A DNA stretch of 35,933 nt from a candidate division NPL-UPA2 bacterium Unc8. Lineage in GTDB: Bacteria; NPL-UPA2. The stretch's first letter is position 1; every line of letters starts with the position of its first letter. Below the pieces are notes generated by a model, which was given only the letters and a program-made list of their open reading frames with translations, was not told where the DNA came from and made no database searches. Positions 1 to 10,069 of this stretch are shown here, piece after piece. The stretch is taken from assembly GCA_003574845.1 (NCBI GenBank), contig NDHY01000008.1, positions 1-35,933 on the forward strand, in the 5' to 3' direction. Made by a program: the position numbers and the translations under genes.

Positions 1-22
1 TAAGTATTCAGTGAACACGTTA

Positions 23-108
23 TTCTTGGTAGTCGCAGGCTTCAGCCTTCTTGGTAGCCGCAGGCTTCAGCCTGCGCCGAAGTAACGCAACCTAAAGGTT
101 GCGGCTAC
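23..108. repeat. GTAG-type REP palindrome cluster (REPIN-like inverted doublet plus a truncated tandem copy)
   Basis: GTAGCCGCAGGC-TTCA-GCCTGCG at 54-76 faces an inverted copy GTAGCCGCAACC-TTTA-GGTTGCG at 108-86. Positions 23-47 and 48-72 are a 25-bp tandem duplication with one mismatch. Confidence 0.8.
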
Positions 109-138
109 CTTCAAACCTGCTTTTATACCACGTCTTTA

Positions 139-182
139 TTTGTGCTCTTTGTGCCTCTGTGCCTTTGTGCCTTTGTGCCTTT
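139..182 (-). repeat. Octamer tandem tract (GGCACAAA on the sense strand) just after the nnr stop codon
   Basis: Plus strand reads tttgtgct-c-tttgtgcc-tctgtgcc-tttgtgcc-tttgtgcc. Confidence 0.9.
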
Positions 183-189
183 TTTACTA

Positions 190-1734
190 TTAGTCCATGG
201 CTAATTGTTGCATTGCTATGGGAAGATTGTCAATAATATCGGTGGCAATCAGAGAAGGCAGTCCTACTTTCTCTGCTGCTATATCCCCGGCTTTCCCATG
301 GATATATACTGCCGCCCGTGCCGCATCAATCCCCAGGAGTCCCTGCCCAATGAAGGAAGCAATCATTCCTGTCAGGATATCCCCTACCCCACCTGAAGCC
401 ATCCCCGGGTTTCCAGTAGAGTTAATCCAGACATCCCCTTGAGAGTTAGCGAGCACTGTTGCTGCTCCCTTAAGAACAACTACTGCCCCGGATTGTGAGG
501 CAATCTCCCGAGCGGTGCCAATGCGGTCTGACTGGACCTCCTCACTTCCCTTACCAATAAGTCTCCCGGCCTCTCCTGGATGAGGAGTTATAATAAGGGG
601 ACACCTGGCATTTTTAAGAAGTGAGAGGTCGCCATTAAGTAAATTCAACCCATCAGCATCAAGAACAACCGGTTTTTCAATTGCAACTAAAAGCTCCCGC
701 AATAATTCTCCGGTCTCTGAATTTGTTGAGAGCCCCGGCCCAAGAGCAACAGCATCTACCTTCTCCATCATCTGGAGAATTCTCCTCAATGCCCCAGGAC
801 TTAAAGAACCCTCTGTAGTTTCCGGGAGAGGCAAGGTCATAACCTCAGTAAGCTTGACTTCCATAATCGGATTTAAACTTTCAGGAATTCCAAGAGTAAC
901 CAATCCAGCGCCAGTGCGTATTGCCGCAATACTGCCTAACACCGCGGCTCCGCTAAGGCCGGTGGAACCCGCCAGAATAAAGACATGTCCATAATCACCT
1001 TTATGCGAATCTCCCCTCCTGCGAGGAAAAAGCAAAGAGATTTCACTATTAGTAAGAAGATTGATATTCAATCCTTTATCAGTGAGAAGTTCTGCGGGAA
1101 TGCCAATATCCACAATGGTAATTTCTCCCGCAAACTCCCTGCCTGGATATAAGAAAAGACCGAGCTTGGGCAGTCCAAATGTGACGGTCTGCCTGGCTTG
1201 CACACAAACTCCGAGAGGCTTGCCTGTATCCGCATCCAGACCAGATGGAACATCAACGGAGATAATTGGCTTCTGCGCTTCATTTAATAAGGTAATAGCC
1301 GCTGAAGTAAGCCCTTTGATATTGCCTTTCACTCCCGTGCCCAGGAGCGCATCAATCAAAAGGTCGACTTTAAGGATTTCATCTCTAAATTCTTTGAAAT
1401 CATCTTCGCTCCTAATCTCTCGCGGGGGTTCTTGCAATCTATCCAAATTTTCACGGGCAGCGCCTCTTACATCGCTCTTTTCTCCCAGGAGAAAAGTAAG
1501 AACTCGAAATCCCTCTTTTATAAGATAACGAGCAGCAACGAATCCATCTCCACCATTGTTTCCCCCTCCAGCAAGAACTACCACCATTTTGCCACCGCAA
1601 TCATTAAGCATACGAGAAGCAGCTACCGCCACGCTCTTTCCCGCATTTTCCATCAAAGAGAGGGTGGAAACTTTAAAGTCATCCATTGCGCGACGATCAA
1701 TCTTCCTCATTTCCACAGCGTTAACCAGCTTCAT
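190..1734 (-). CDS. nnr: Bifunctional NAD(P)H-hydrate epimerase/dehydratase (YjeF)
   Basis: N-terminal LMENAG, GGGNNGGDG, DALLGTG and DVPSG motifs; C-terminal SHKGDYG, GPGL, DADGL, ITPHPGEA, VLKG and GGVGDILTG motifs. Confidence 0.95.
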   Translation of the reverse strand: MKLVNAVEMRKIDRRAMDDFKVSTLSLMENAGKSVAVAASRMLNDCGGKMVVVLAGGGNNGGDGFVAARYLIKEGFRVLTFLLGEKSDVRGAARENLDRLQEPPREIRSEDDFKEFRDEILKVDLLIDALLGTGVKGNIKGLTSAAITLLNEAQKPIISVDVPSGLDADTGKPLGVCVQARQTVTFGLPKLGLFLYPGREFAGEITIVDIGIPAELLTDKGLNINLLTNSEISLLFPRRRGDSHKGDYGHVFILAGSTGLSGAAVLGSIAAIRTGAGLVTLGIPESLNPIMEVKLTEVMTLPLPETTEGSLSPGALRRILQMMEKVDAVALGPGLSTNSETGELLRELLVAIEKPVVLDADGLNLLNGDLSLLKNARCPLIITPHPGEAGRLIGKGSEEVQSDRIGTAREIASQSGAVVVLKGAATVLANSQGDVWINSTGNPGMASGGVGDILTGMIASFIGQGLLGIDAARAAVYIHGKAGDIAAEKVGLPSLIATDIIDNLPIAMQQLAMD

Positions 1735-2096
1735 TTTGTAGTTACCACCTGAGCAATAGCATAGGCTCCATCATGGGAGAGACTCAGGAATATTTTTTCC
1801 GCCTGCTGCTCCATAGCCACCCCTCTCACCCCGTCAGAAAGCTTAATTGACGGTTTTCCTCTCTCGTCATTAATTATTTCAATATTTTCCCACCCTACTC
1901 TCCTGCCAAGAGCTTTCATTGTTGCCTCTTTAGCAGCAAAGCGAGCAGCAAAATGAATAAATTCCATCTTCTGCCGACGGCAGTAATTTATTTCTCCCTG
2001 TGTATATACCCGGGAAATAAATCTCTCCTGCCATCTCTCAATGGCATTCTTAATTCTTCTTAATTGAATAATATCAACTCCTATTCCAGTAATCAA
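1731..2096 (-). CDS. acpS: Holo-[acyl-carrier-protein] synthase
   Basis: GIGVDI, ARFAAKEA and SLSHD motifs; TTG start; ATGA overlap with nnr. Confidence 0.95.
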   Translation of the reverse strand: MITGIGVDIIQLRRIKNAIERWQERFISRVYTQGEINYCRRQKMEFIHFAARFAAKEATMKALGRRVGWENIEIINDERGKPSIKLSDGVRGVAMEQQAEKIFLSLSHDGAYAIAQVVTTK

Positions 2097-2113
2097 CTTC
2101 TACCTCTTCCATC

Positions 2114-2136
2114 CGCGGGCTGAAGCCTGCGACTAC
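2114..2136 (-). repeat. Single GTAG-type REP copy overlapping the pdxJ stop codon
   Basis: Minus strand reads GTAGTCGCAGGC-TTCA-GCCCGCG, nearly identical to the copies at 29-76. Confidence 0.8.
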
Positions 2137-2849
2137 CAATTAATTAAATCAAGCATTTCACGCACTGCTCTATCCAGCCCAACCAGCACTGCCCGAGAGA
2201 TAATTGTATGCCCAATGTTAAGTTCTTCCAATCCTGGGATGGAGGCAATTTGTCCTACATTGTAATATGTAAGCCCATGCCCGGCATAAACATCAAGTCC
2301 GAGCTCTTTTGCTACCGCCACTCCCTTTCTTAATTTTTCCAATTCCTTTTCTCGCTGAATCACATTATTAAAATGCTTAGCATATTCTCCTGTATGTAAT
2401 TCTACGGCACTGGCGCCAACCCGAGCCGCAGCTTCAATTTGACGAGGATTAGTATTAATAAATAAGCTGACAGGTATCCCGCTCTCTTTCAGTTCTTCAG
2501 TAGCAGCTTTCAATGCCTCTTCTCCCGAGACAACATCTAATCCCCCTTCAGTAGTTATTTCCTCTCTTCGCTCAGGGACAATTGTTGCCTGGTCAGGCTT
2601 AACCTCCCTGGCAATTTTAATTATTTCTGCTGTAGCAGCCATCTCCAGATTGAGCTTTATCTTTACGACACCCCTCAAGATTTTCAGGTCACGGTCTTTG
2701 ATATGCCTTCTGTCCTCGCGCAAATGAACGACAATTCCATCCGCACCGGCAAGCTGACAGATAACCGCGCCGGCAACAGGGTCAGGCTCAAAAGTCCTTC
2801 GCGCCTCTCTAACCGTCGCAATGTGATCAATATTAACCCCTAACCTCAT
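2133..2849 (-). CDS. pdxJ: Pyridoxine 5'-phosphate synthase
   Basis: [31 protein letters not shown] and ELNIGH motifs. Confidence 0.97.
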   Translation of the reverse strand: MRLGVNIDHIATVREARRTFEPDPVAGAVICQLAGADGIVVHLREDRRHIKDRDLKILRGVVKIKLNLEMAATAEIIKIAREVKPDQATIVPERREEITTEGGLDVVSGEEALKAATEELKESGIPVSLFINTNPRQIEAAARVGASAVELHTGEYAKHFNNVIQREKELEKLRKGVAVAKELGLDVYAGHGLTYYNVGQIASIPGLEELNIGHTIISRAVLVGLDRAVREMLDLINW

Positions 2850-2865
2850 TTTTTCTCCTCAACTA

Positions 2866-2900
2866 CCCAGAGTGCACCAGTCACCAATTTCCAATTTCAT
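2866..2900. repeat. Short member of the heptamer-mosaic intergenic family
   Basis: gcaccagtcaccaatttccaatttcatctct resembles both ends of the longer tract at 31839-31966. Confidence 0.6.
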
Positions 2901-2913
2901 CTCTCTCTTCTTA

Positions 2914-3759
2914 CTACTTACTTCCCATGATTGCATCTACTATGCCTGCCGCTCTTACTGTCTCCCCTACATCGTGCACTCTGACTATGTGAGCGCCATT
3001 TAAGATGGCACAAGTCATAGCCGCCAGGCTGGCCTCCAGGCGCTCTTCAACTGGAAGATTAAGAACATTGCCAATAAAACTTTTTCGCGAGAGACCAATG
3101 ACAAGCGGCTTTTCTAAAATAGCAAACTTTTCAAGATTTTTGATTATTTCCAGGTTATGGCTGGTTTTCTTTCCAAAGCCGATACCGGGGTCAATTAGAA
3201 GATTTTCTTCCCTGATACCGATTGCTTTTGCTTTCTTTATGGCTTCTTCAAAAAAACTGATAATTTCAGGGACAAGTGACCTGTAATAAGGATTCTCCTG
3301 CATATTTTTTGGGGTGCCCTGCATATGCATCAGGATGAGAGGAAGATTATACTCAGCCACGACCTCCCCCAAAGATAGGTCTCCACACAAGGCAGTTATA
3401 TCATTTACAAGCGATGCTCCTGCCTTAATGGCTTCACGAGCAACGATACTTTTAGAAGTATCCACAGAAATGGGGATATTTAGCTCTTGTGCCAGATGAG
3501 AGATTACAGGAATTATTCTTTTTACTTCCTCATCAGAGGAGATAGTTAGGGAACCCGGACGAGTAGACTCTCCGCCTACATCAATTATATCTGCCCCAGC
3601 CGCGGCAAGATAGCGGGCACGAGAAAGTGCGTCATCAGGAGTAAAGTGCTTTCCACCATCAAAAAAAGAATCGGGGGTAACATTTAGTATCCCCATAACT
3701 GCTGTTCTTTTTCCTAATCGCAGCCGATATTTGCCACAGTGGAGTTCAAACTCCTTCAT
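2914..3759 (-). CDS. folP: Dihydropteroate synthase
   Basis: MGILNVTPDSF, DVGGESTRPG, LMHMQG, DPGIGFGK, SRKSF and RVHDV motifs. Confidence 0.97.
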   Translation of the reverse strand: MKEFELHCGKYRLRLGKRTAVMGILNVTPDSFFDGGKHFTPDDALSRARYLAAAGADIIDVGGESTRPGSLTISSDEEVKRIIPVISHLAQELNIPISVDTSKSIVAREAIKAGASLVNDITALCGDLSLGEVVAEYNLPLILMHMQGTPKNMQENPYYRSLVPEIISFFEEAIKKAKAIGIREENLLIDPGIGFGKKTSHNLEIIKNLEKFAILEKPLVIGLSRKSFIGNVLNLPVEERLEASLAAMTCAILNGAHIVRVHDVGETVRAAGIVDAIMGSK

Positions 3760-3768
3760 TTTTAGGAA

Positions 3769-5676
3769 TCAGCGATTCTCTAATGCGGTATCCCTTTTAA
3801 TACCAACTATTTCCTGCACCTTATCCCCATCTAACACCTCATGCTCCTTCAGGGTAGCAGCAAGCTTATCTAATTTTTCCCGATTACTTTTAAGAAGAGT
3901 TTCTGCCCGATGATAGCACTTATCAATCAGAGAGCGCACCTCATTGTCTATATCCAGTGCAATCTTATCGCTGTAATGCTTGTCCCGCGTTATGTCTCTT
4001 CCTAAAAATAATTTATCTTCACTATCTCTGAAGGTCATAGGGCCAAGCTTTTCTGACATTCCAAACTCGCATACCATTTTTCTTATTGCTTTGGTAGCTA
4101 TCTCCAGATCATTCTGGGCTCCAGTCGTTGACTCATTAAATACAACCTGTTCGGCTACTCTCCCCCCTAAAAAGACGACTACGCGGCCAAGCAGCTCCTT
4201 CTTTGTCGTTAGATAGCGATCTTCTAAGGGAAACTGGAGTGTGTAGCCTAATGCTCGGCCTCCACGCGGGATGATAGATACCTTATGAAGCGGGTCAGCC
4301 TCTGAAATAAGCAGAGCCAGCAATGCATGCCCTGATTCATGATAGGCAACAATTGACTTCTCATAATCACTGATTATCCGGGATCTCCGCTCTGGCCCGG
4401 CAATCACCCTTTCTATTGCCTCCATAAACTCCTTTGCCCCTACTGCCTTCTTGTCTTTTCTTGCCGCCAGAAGCGCCGCTTCATTAGCAACGTTTGCCAT
4501 ATCTGCGCCAAAAAACCCAGGAGTCTTGCGAGCAATCAATTTAAGGTCAACACTTTTGCCAAGAATTATTCCTTTGGTGTGAACCTTAAGAATTTCTTCT
4601 CTGCCCCTGAGGTCTGGGCTATAAACCTCAACCTGGCGGTCAAATCTCCCTGGACGGAGAAGCGCTGCATCAAGAACATCCATCCGATTAGTAGCCGCAA
4701 TAACAATTACTGCTTCCTGGGTACTGAATCCATCCATCTCTGCCAATAGTTGATTTAATGTCTGTTCTCTTTCGTCATGACCGCCGCCAATTCCAGAGAA
4801 GCGTTGTCTTCCAACGGCATCAATCTCATCAATGAAAATAATAGATGGGGCATGTTTTCTTCCCTGCTCAAACACATCCCTGACCCGGGAAGCGCCAACC
4901 CCTACAAACATCTCTACAAAATCAGAGCCATTAACATTAAAGAAAGAAACATTTGCCTCTCCGGCAATTGCCTTGGCAAGAAGAGTTTTTCCGCAACCAG
5001 GAGGACCATACAGAAGTACTCCCTTCGGAATTTTCGCTCCTAATTTGCGATACCTCTCCGGCCACTTGAGAAACGAAACTATTTCCTGCAATTCCTCTTT
5101 TGATTCATCAATTCCGGCAACATCACTAAAGGTAACCTTTGGAATATCTTTATCAAGTAGCTTTGCTTTACTCTTTCCAAAAGCGATTGCTCCCTTGCTG
5201 CCAGCCTGCATATAACGTATAAACATTATCCAGAGAAAAACAATAAAGAGAACGGGAAGAAGGAAGTTGAATATAACCCGCCCCCAGGGACTGGCTGCTT
5301 TAAAAATGATGCCCATTCCCTTAGCTTCCATTGCTCTGATTAAATCCGGGTCTTCAAATGCAAGTGTAGTTCTGAAAGAATCGGTTGTGATAATCCGCCC
5401 AGTGCGAATATCATGAAGCTCCACTGCTTTATGAAGCCTGCCTGTTACCTCCATGCCTACGATAGTAACTTCTTTTATATTTGAATACTTTTCCAAATCA
5501 AGGGTTCCTAACTCCGCAATAAAGGCATCATAGGATATCTTTGCTATCGGTCTCTCGGCAAGATTCCTGGCAATGCTAAAGATAAAAAAGATTATTATTA
5601 CCACTCCACCTATCAGAAAAGGAATCAGATTCCTGGGTTTCCTGGGTGGCACAGTTTTTTCTTTTTCCAATTTCAT
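3769..5676 (-). CDS. ftsH: ATP-dependent zinc metalloprotease FtsH
   Basis: Two N-terminal TM segments, Walker A GPPGCGKT, Walker [21 protein letters not shown] and zinc motif HESGH. Confidence 0.97.
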   Translation of the reverse strand: MKLEKEKTVPPRKPRNLIPFLIGGVVIIIFFIFSIARNLAERPIAKISYDAFIAELGTLDLEKYSNIKEVTIVGMEVTGRLHKAVELHDIRTGRIITTDSFRTTLAFEDPDLIRAMEAKGMGIIFKAASPWGRVIFNFLLPVLFIVFLWIMFIRYMQAGSKGAIAFGKSKAKLLDKDIPKVTFSDVAGIDESKEELQEIVSFLKWPERYRKLGAKIPKGVLLYGPPGCGKTLLAKAIAGEANVSFFNVNGSDFVEMFVGVGASRVRDVFEQGRKHAPSIIFIDEIDAVGRQRFSGIGGGHDEREQTLNQLLAEMDGFSTQEAVIVIAATNRMDVLDAALLRPGRFDRQVEVYSPDLRGREEILKVHTKGIILGKSVDLKLIARKTPGFFGADMANVANEAALLAARKDKKAVGAKEFMEAIERVIAGPERRSRIISDYEKSIVAYHESGHALLALLISEADPLHKVSIIPRGGRALGYTLQFPLEDRYLTTKKELLGRVVVFLGGRVAEQVVFNESTTGAQNDLEIATKAIRKMVCEFGMSEKLGPMTFRDSEDKLFLGRDITRDKHYSDKIALDIDNEVRSLIDKCYHRAETLLKSNREKLDKLAATLKEHEVLDGDKVQEIVGIKRDTALENR

Positions 5677-5724
5677 TTTCCCCTCAAATCAACCAGTTGA
5701 AGTCTATCATATAGCAGGAAAAAA

Positions 5725-7143
5725 TCAAGGTAAATAATCAACTTCTATTCTCAGCACCTTTTTGGTTTTCCCCGTTATTTTGCCAATTTCGCTCTGTTGC
5801 TGATTAATCACCCAGATAATCTCACTGCCGGAGAGAAGCAATGGCACCTGCTCTCTTTCTAAGAGTGGAATTTTCCTGTCAATAAAGAAGTCTTTTATCT
5901 TTTTTTTTCCTTTTATCCCCAAAGGACAAAATATATCTCCCTGCCTGCGATTACGAACAGTTAGGGGAAGATGTACCCGGGCATAGTCAAAATAAGCTAC
6001 CCGACGACTTTCAAAATCCTCTGGCTTTTCCTGAAAAGGAGATACAAAGGAAGACTTTATCCTCATCTTTGCCTCATTAATCTTTACTTCTCCAGGTGCA
6101 GGTAAAGAGTAAGCATACTCATTCTTTTTAGTAGACCCCTGCTCTTTAAGGATAATTAATTTGCCGTAAGCCTGTCTGCCAATAATACAGTGAGGGAGGC
6201 AAATCTCCCCCGGGGAATCTGCCATGGCAATGTGGAGCATCTCATCAATGTGCTCATTGCTCACCTTGCGCAAGTCCCCCTTAAGAACGGCAATTGCCTT
6301 ACGAAGCACCCTTCTCTGAAGTGCAGGGTGAAGCTCTCGCAGCTTGCCCGCATCAATCATAATGCGTCCATTCTTAACTTCAGATAGAGATGAAAAAGTC
6401 TCATCAGTCACTGATGTTAAATAGTCTTCATCTTCCTTCAGCACAGCAGCCATCCTTGAGAGATTAAGTTCAATGTGAGGATTATAAGTAGCAAGGAGCG
6501 GGATGAGTTTAGAGCGTACTTTGTTACGCAAGTATGCTGATTTTTTGTTAGACGAATCAAAACGCCCTTTTAAATGAACATCTTGCAGATAATTCATCAC
6601 CTCATAGCGACTAACCTCCAGAAGAGGGCGAATTACGAAAAGCCCGTCTTCTGAGACAGGCTCTGGATATGGACGCACTGCAGGAATTCCGGTCAGTCCC
6701 TTTAGCCCGCATCCACGCAATATCCATAAAAGCATCGTTTCAGCCTGGTCGTTCATAGTTTGCGCAACAGCAATTTTATTTGCCTTAATCTTATGGGAAA
6801 CAGCCTGAAAAAATTCATATCTTGCCTGCCGCCCGGCCTCCTGCAATGATAGCCCATATTTTTTGGCGAGGGCAGAGACGTCTCTTTTACTAACACTGGC
6901 GGAAAGACCGAAGCTCTTTGACAGCTCATCTACATAAAGTGCGTCCTCATCAGCTTCTTTCCCGCGCAAGGTATGGTTGAGATGAGCTACATGAAGATAA
7001 AGCGAGAACTCTTCCTTCAGAGTAACGAGAAGGCTGAGCATAGCAACGGAATCCGGGCCGCCTGAGACACCAACGACCACCCTATCCTCGCTGGCAAGCA
7101 TCTTGTATTTAGAAATTGTCTTCCTGACCTTTGCTAAAATCAC
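5725..7143 (-). CDS. tilS: tRNA(Ile)-lysidine synthetase
   Basis: PP-loop SGGPDS, DQAET, IRPLL, DSSN and RNKVR motifs; C-terminal TilS-C domain; lies upstream of ftsH. Confidence 0.95.
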   Translation of the reverse strand: MILAKVRKTISKYKMLASEDRVVVGVSGGPDSVAMLSLLVTLKEEFSLYLHVAHLNHTLRGKEADEDALYVDELSKSFGLSASVSKRDVSALAKKYGLSLQEAGRQARYEFFQAVSHKIKANKIAVAQTMNDQAETMLLWILRGCGLKGLTGIPAVRPYPEPVSEDGLFVIRPLLEVSRYEVMNYLQDVHLKGRFDSSNKKSAYLRNKVRSKLIPLLATYNPHIELNLSRMAAVLKEDEDYLTSVTDETFSSLSEVKNGRIMIDAGKLRELHPALQRRVLRKAIAVLKGDLRKVSNEHIDEMLHIAMADSPGEICLPHCIIGRQAYGKLIILKEQGSTKKNEYAYSLPAPGEVKINEAKMRIKSSFVSPFQEKPEDFESRRVAYFDYARVHLPLTVRNRRQGDIFCPLGIKGKKKIKDFFIDRKIPLLEREQVPLLLSGSEIIWVINQQQSEIGKITGKTKKVLRIEVDYLP

Positions 7144-7168
7144 AACTTCCTACTAAAAAGAAAATGGA

Positions 7169-7308
7169 GCACCAGCCACCAGTTTCTAATTTCCAATTTC
7201 CAATTTCCAATTAATTTTCAATGACCCAATAAATGTCAGAAGTCAGAATTCAGGAGTCAGAATTCAGGAGTCAGAACTGTGAACTGTGAACTGTGAACCC
7301 TTGAACCC
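7169..7308. repeat. Composite heptamer-mosaic element (AATTTCC / core / AGTCAGA / CTGTGAA modules)
   Basis: Tandem heptamers are directly visible. Positions 7208-7248 equal the reverse complement of 24925-24965. Confidence 0.9.
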
Positions 7309-7406
7309 TTTGCTTGACTTTCGGTTAACTATTAAATTGGATGCTATCACAACTTTAGCTATTAGGCAAGCGACTAACGAGTGGTGAAGATCTCATGTGG
7401 TTTAGC

Positions 7407-7435
7407 TTGACAAATGATTAAGGAAGAAGTATAAT
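7407..7435 (+). promoter_or_regulatory. Consensus sigma70 promoter for the PAC2-pabB-pabC operon
   Basis: TTGACA (7407-7412), 17 bp spacer, TATAAT (7430-7435). Confidence 0.85.
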
Positions 7436-7525
7436 TTTAACCATAGCAGACTTAGTGGGCATAAATAGGTATAAAATGGCAAATGCACAAAGTTTGTGCC
7501 TTGTTAATTATAGGAGACTTACGAG

Positions 7526-8455
7526 ATGAACATAGAGATTTATCGTCGCACCTCGCTAAAGGAGCCAGTTATGATAGCTGGCTGGCCTGGTATGGGAAGC
7601 GTTGCGCTTGGATTAGTAACTTACTTGCGGGAAAGCCTGAAGGCAGAGCCATTTGCCCAGATTGACACTAAAGATTTCTTCCCACCTGATGCTGTCATTA
7701 TTCAGAATGGGCTCACCAGCCTTCAGCCTCCACCAAGGAATACCTTCTACTATGTGAAATCGCCTCCTCTTATTATCTTTGAGAGCGAAGCCCAGTTATC
7801 AGGAAGAGATAGTGTAATGCTGATAGATGAGATTCTTACCTTTGCACTCAGGATGAAGGTGCAATGCATTTACACTGCCGCTGCTTTTCCTGTACCGCGC
7901 AGCTACCGCGAGACCTCAACGGTATTTGCCGTTGCCAATGAAAAATACCTGCGTGATATGTTAACTAAGTATCAAATAAAGATAATGAATGAGGGTCAAA
8001 TATCGGGTTTGAATGGCCTCCTCATAGGATTTGCCAGAGGAAAGGGAATAAGGGCAGCTTGCCTTTTGGCTACTCTTCCCTATTATGCGATAAACCTTCC
8101 AAGCCCAAGGGCATCCATGGCCATAGCGGCTACTTTAGCAGAAATACTTAACCTGAGAGTTAACCTGAGTCAGTTTGATGTAATAATCAATGAGATGGAC
8201 AGCCGAATGGCAATGATTGAAGACCAGATGAAGGCAATTTTCCCATTTATTTCTCAACAACAGTCTGAGGGGATGCCATCACTGGAGAAAGAGAAGACCC
8301 CTGACTATGTAATGAAGAGGATAGAGAAACTTTTTGATGAAGCAAAGACCGACAAAAAAGTTGCTCATAAACTTAAAGAAGAGCTTGACAGGTGGAGCCT
8401 CTATCAATTTTATGAGGACAAATTCCTGGACCTCTTTAAAGGAACCAATGGTTGA
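7526..8455 (+). CDS. PAC2 family (proteasome assembly chaperone-like) protein
   Basis: PVMIAGWPGMGSVA start, SEAQ, ISGLNGLLIG, ACLLATLP and PRAS match the PAC2/PbaB pattern; AGGAG ribosome-binding site. Confidence 0.8.
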   Translation: MNIEIYRRTSLKEPVMIAGWPGMGSVALGLVTYLRESLKAEPFAQIDTKDFFPPDAVIIQNGLTSLQPPPRNTFYYVKSPPLIIFESEAQLSGRDSVMLIDEILTFALRMKVQCIYTAAAFPVPRSYRETSTVFAVANEKYLRDMLTKYQIKIMNEGQISGLNGLLIGFARGKGIRAACLLATLPYYAINLPSPRASMAIAATLAEILNLRVNLSQFDVIINEMDSRMAMIEDQMKAIFPFISQQQSEGMPSLEKEKTPDYVMKRIEKLFDEAKTDKKVAHKLKEELDRWSLYQFYEDKFLDLFKGTNG

Positions 8456-9885
8456 ATGAGTTACCGCACGTTGCAATAGATGTCCCATCTGAACTTTCAC
8501 CAATTGAAGCCCTTGGAGTCTTTGCTTCCGAGCCAAACAGTTTCATCCTGAGCAGTGGGTTAAATACAGGCAGTGGATGGCAGTATTCTTTTGCTGGCAC
8601 TCGCCCTTTTCTTGTCTTTCGCAGCAAGGGGAAGGAAACAGAGGTTACCACTGACTCTCTCAAAAAGAAGATAGTTGGAAATCCATTTGACATCCTAAAG
8701 GAAATTTTAGCAAAGTATAAAGATGCTTCTGCATCACCTTTTCCTCTATTTCCAGGAGTAGCCGTCGGCTATTTCGGGTATGGACTCTCTTCTCACATTG
8801 AGGAGCTGCCAATAACAGCAGTCGATGACCTTGCTCTTCCTGATTGTTACCTCTGTTTTTATGACACAATTATTACCTTTGACCAACTCAACAGAAAGAT
8901 ACAGCTCTACTCATCCAGACTTTCGGGAGGAGAAACTATCTCTTCTGAAGAGGTAGGCGAAAAACTGCATCAGGCAAAAATCAGAGAAAGAAATATCCAC
9001 ACTTTTTCAAAGAAAGAGTCTCCTTCTATTATTTCAAACTTTCAGAAGGAGGATTATCTACAGGCAATAGTTAGAGCAAAAGATTACATTGACCGCAGTG
9101 ATATATATCAGATCAATCTCTCCCAGAGGTTAATGATGAAAGCGGGGATTCCTCCGTTTGAGCTTTACAGACGGCTGTGTATTTTAAACCCTTCTCCATT
9201 TGCTTCTTTCCTTAATTTTGAAGGGATATCGGTTGTCGGGTCCTCACCTGAGCGATTTCTGCGATTGAGAAATAGAGAAGTAGAAACCTCCCCGATGAAG
9301 GGAACAAGGCCACGAGGAGAAAGTGCTCGGGAAGATAAAAAGTTAGAGAAAGAGTTATTATCCAGCGAAAAGGAAAAAGCAGAGTTGATAATGATTGTTG
9401 ACTTAGAACGCAATGACCTGGGTAGAGTATGCGAGTACGGCTCCGTCAGAGTGAAGGAGTCAAGAAACATTGAAAAATATGCCACTGTCTTTCAAACAAC
9501 AGCTACGATAATAGGAACGTTAAGAGAAGATAAAGATGCCATTGACCTTCTCAGAGCATCATTTCCTGGTGGCTCAGTGACCGGAGTTCCTAAAGTAAGA
9601 GCAATGGAACTAATTGACGAGTTGGAGCCAACACAGAGGTCTGTGTACACTGGAGCAATTGGATACATAAGCTTCACTGGCGAGATTGATCTAAATATTG
9701 CTATCAGAACATTTTTAATCAAGAATGAGAGGGCATATTTTCAGGTGGGTGGCGGAATCGTTGCAGACTCTGAGCCAGAGGCAGAATACGAGGAAACGCT
9801 CACTAAGGCAAGAGCTCTCATTCAGGTATTAACAGAAGTGACAGAGGCACAAAGGCACAAAGGCACAAAGAAGCCTAAACTCTAA
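8452..9885 (+). CDS. pabB: Aminodeoxychorismate synthase component I (anthranilate synthase I family)
   Basis: YQINLSQR, SSPERF, PMKGT, MIVDLERND, FPGGSVTG and GGGIV motifs; TTG start overlapping the upstream stop; next to a pabC-like gene. Confidence 0.85.
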   Translation: MNELPHVAIDVPSELSPIEALGVFASEPNSFILSSGLNTGSGWQYSFAGTRPFLVFRSKGKETEVTTDSLKKKIVGNPFDILKEILAKYKDASASPFPLFPGVAVGYFGYGLSSHIEELPITAVDDLALPDCYLCFYDTIITFDQLNRKIQLYSSRLSGGETISSEEVGEKLHQAKIRERNIHTFSKKESPSIISNFQKEDYLQAIVRAKDYIDRSDIYQINLSQRLMMKAGIPPFELYRRLCILNPSPFASFLNFEGISVVGSSPERFLRLRNREVETSPMKGTRPRGESAREDKKLEKELLSSEKEKAELIMIVDLERNDLGRVCEYGSVRVKESRNIEKYATVFQTTATIIGTLREDKDAIDLLRASFPGGSVTGVPKVRAMELIDELEPTQRSVYTGAIGYISFTGEIDLNIAIRTFLIKNERAYFQVGGGIVADSEPEAEYEETLTKARALIQVLTEVTEAQRHKGTKKPKL

Positions 9886-10063
9886 ATACGAAACTCGAAA
9901 CAAACTCAAAACTCAAAATTACAATGCAAAATTCAAAATTAGAAATTGGAAATTAATTGAAAATTGGAAATTGAAAATTGGAAATTGGTAATTGGAAATT
10001 AGTAACCATTGACCATAGACCATTGATTAGTGACCATAGACCATTCACCATTCACCAGTTACC
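9841..10063 (+). repeat. Long mosaic of GGCACAAA, CAAAA(C/T)T, GGAAATT and GACCATA/CACCATT tandem units
   Basis: Successive 7-8 nt tandem modules, starting inside the 3' end of pabB. Confidence 0.9.
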
Positions 10064-10069
10064 AACAAA

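Noticed and set aside
7169-7308. Repeat tracts as a CRISPR array
   Set aside because: The units are 7-8 nt and tandem, with no unique spacers and no cas genes.
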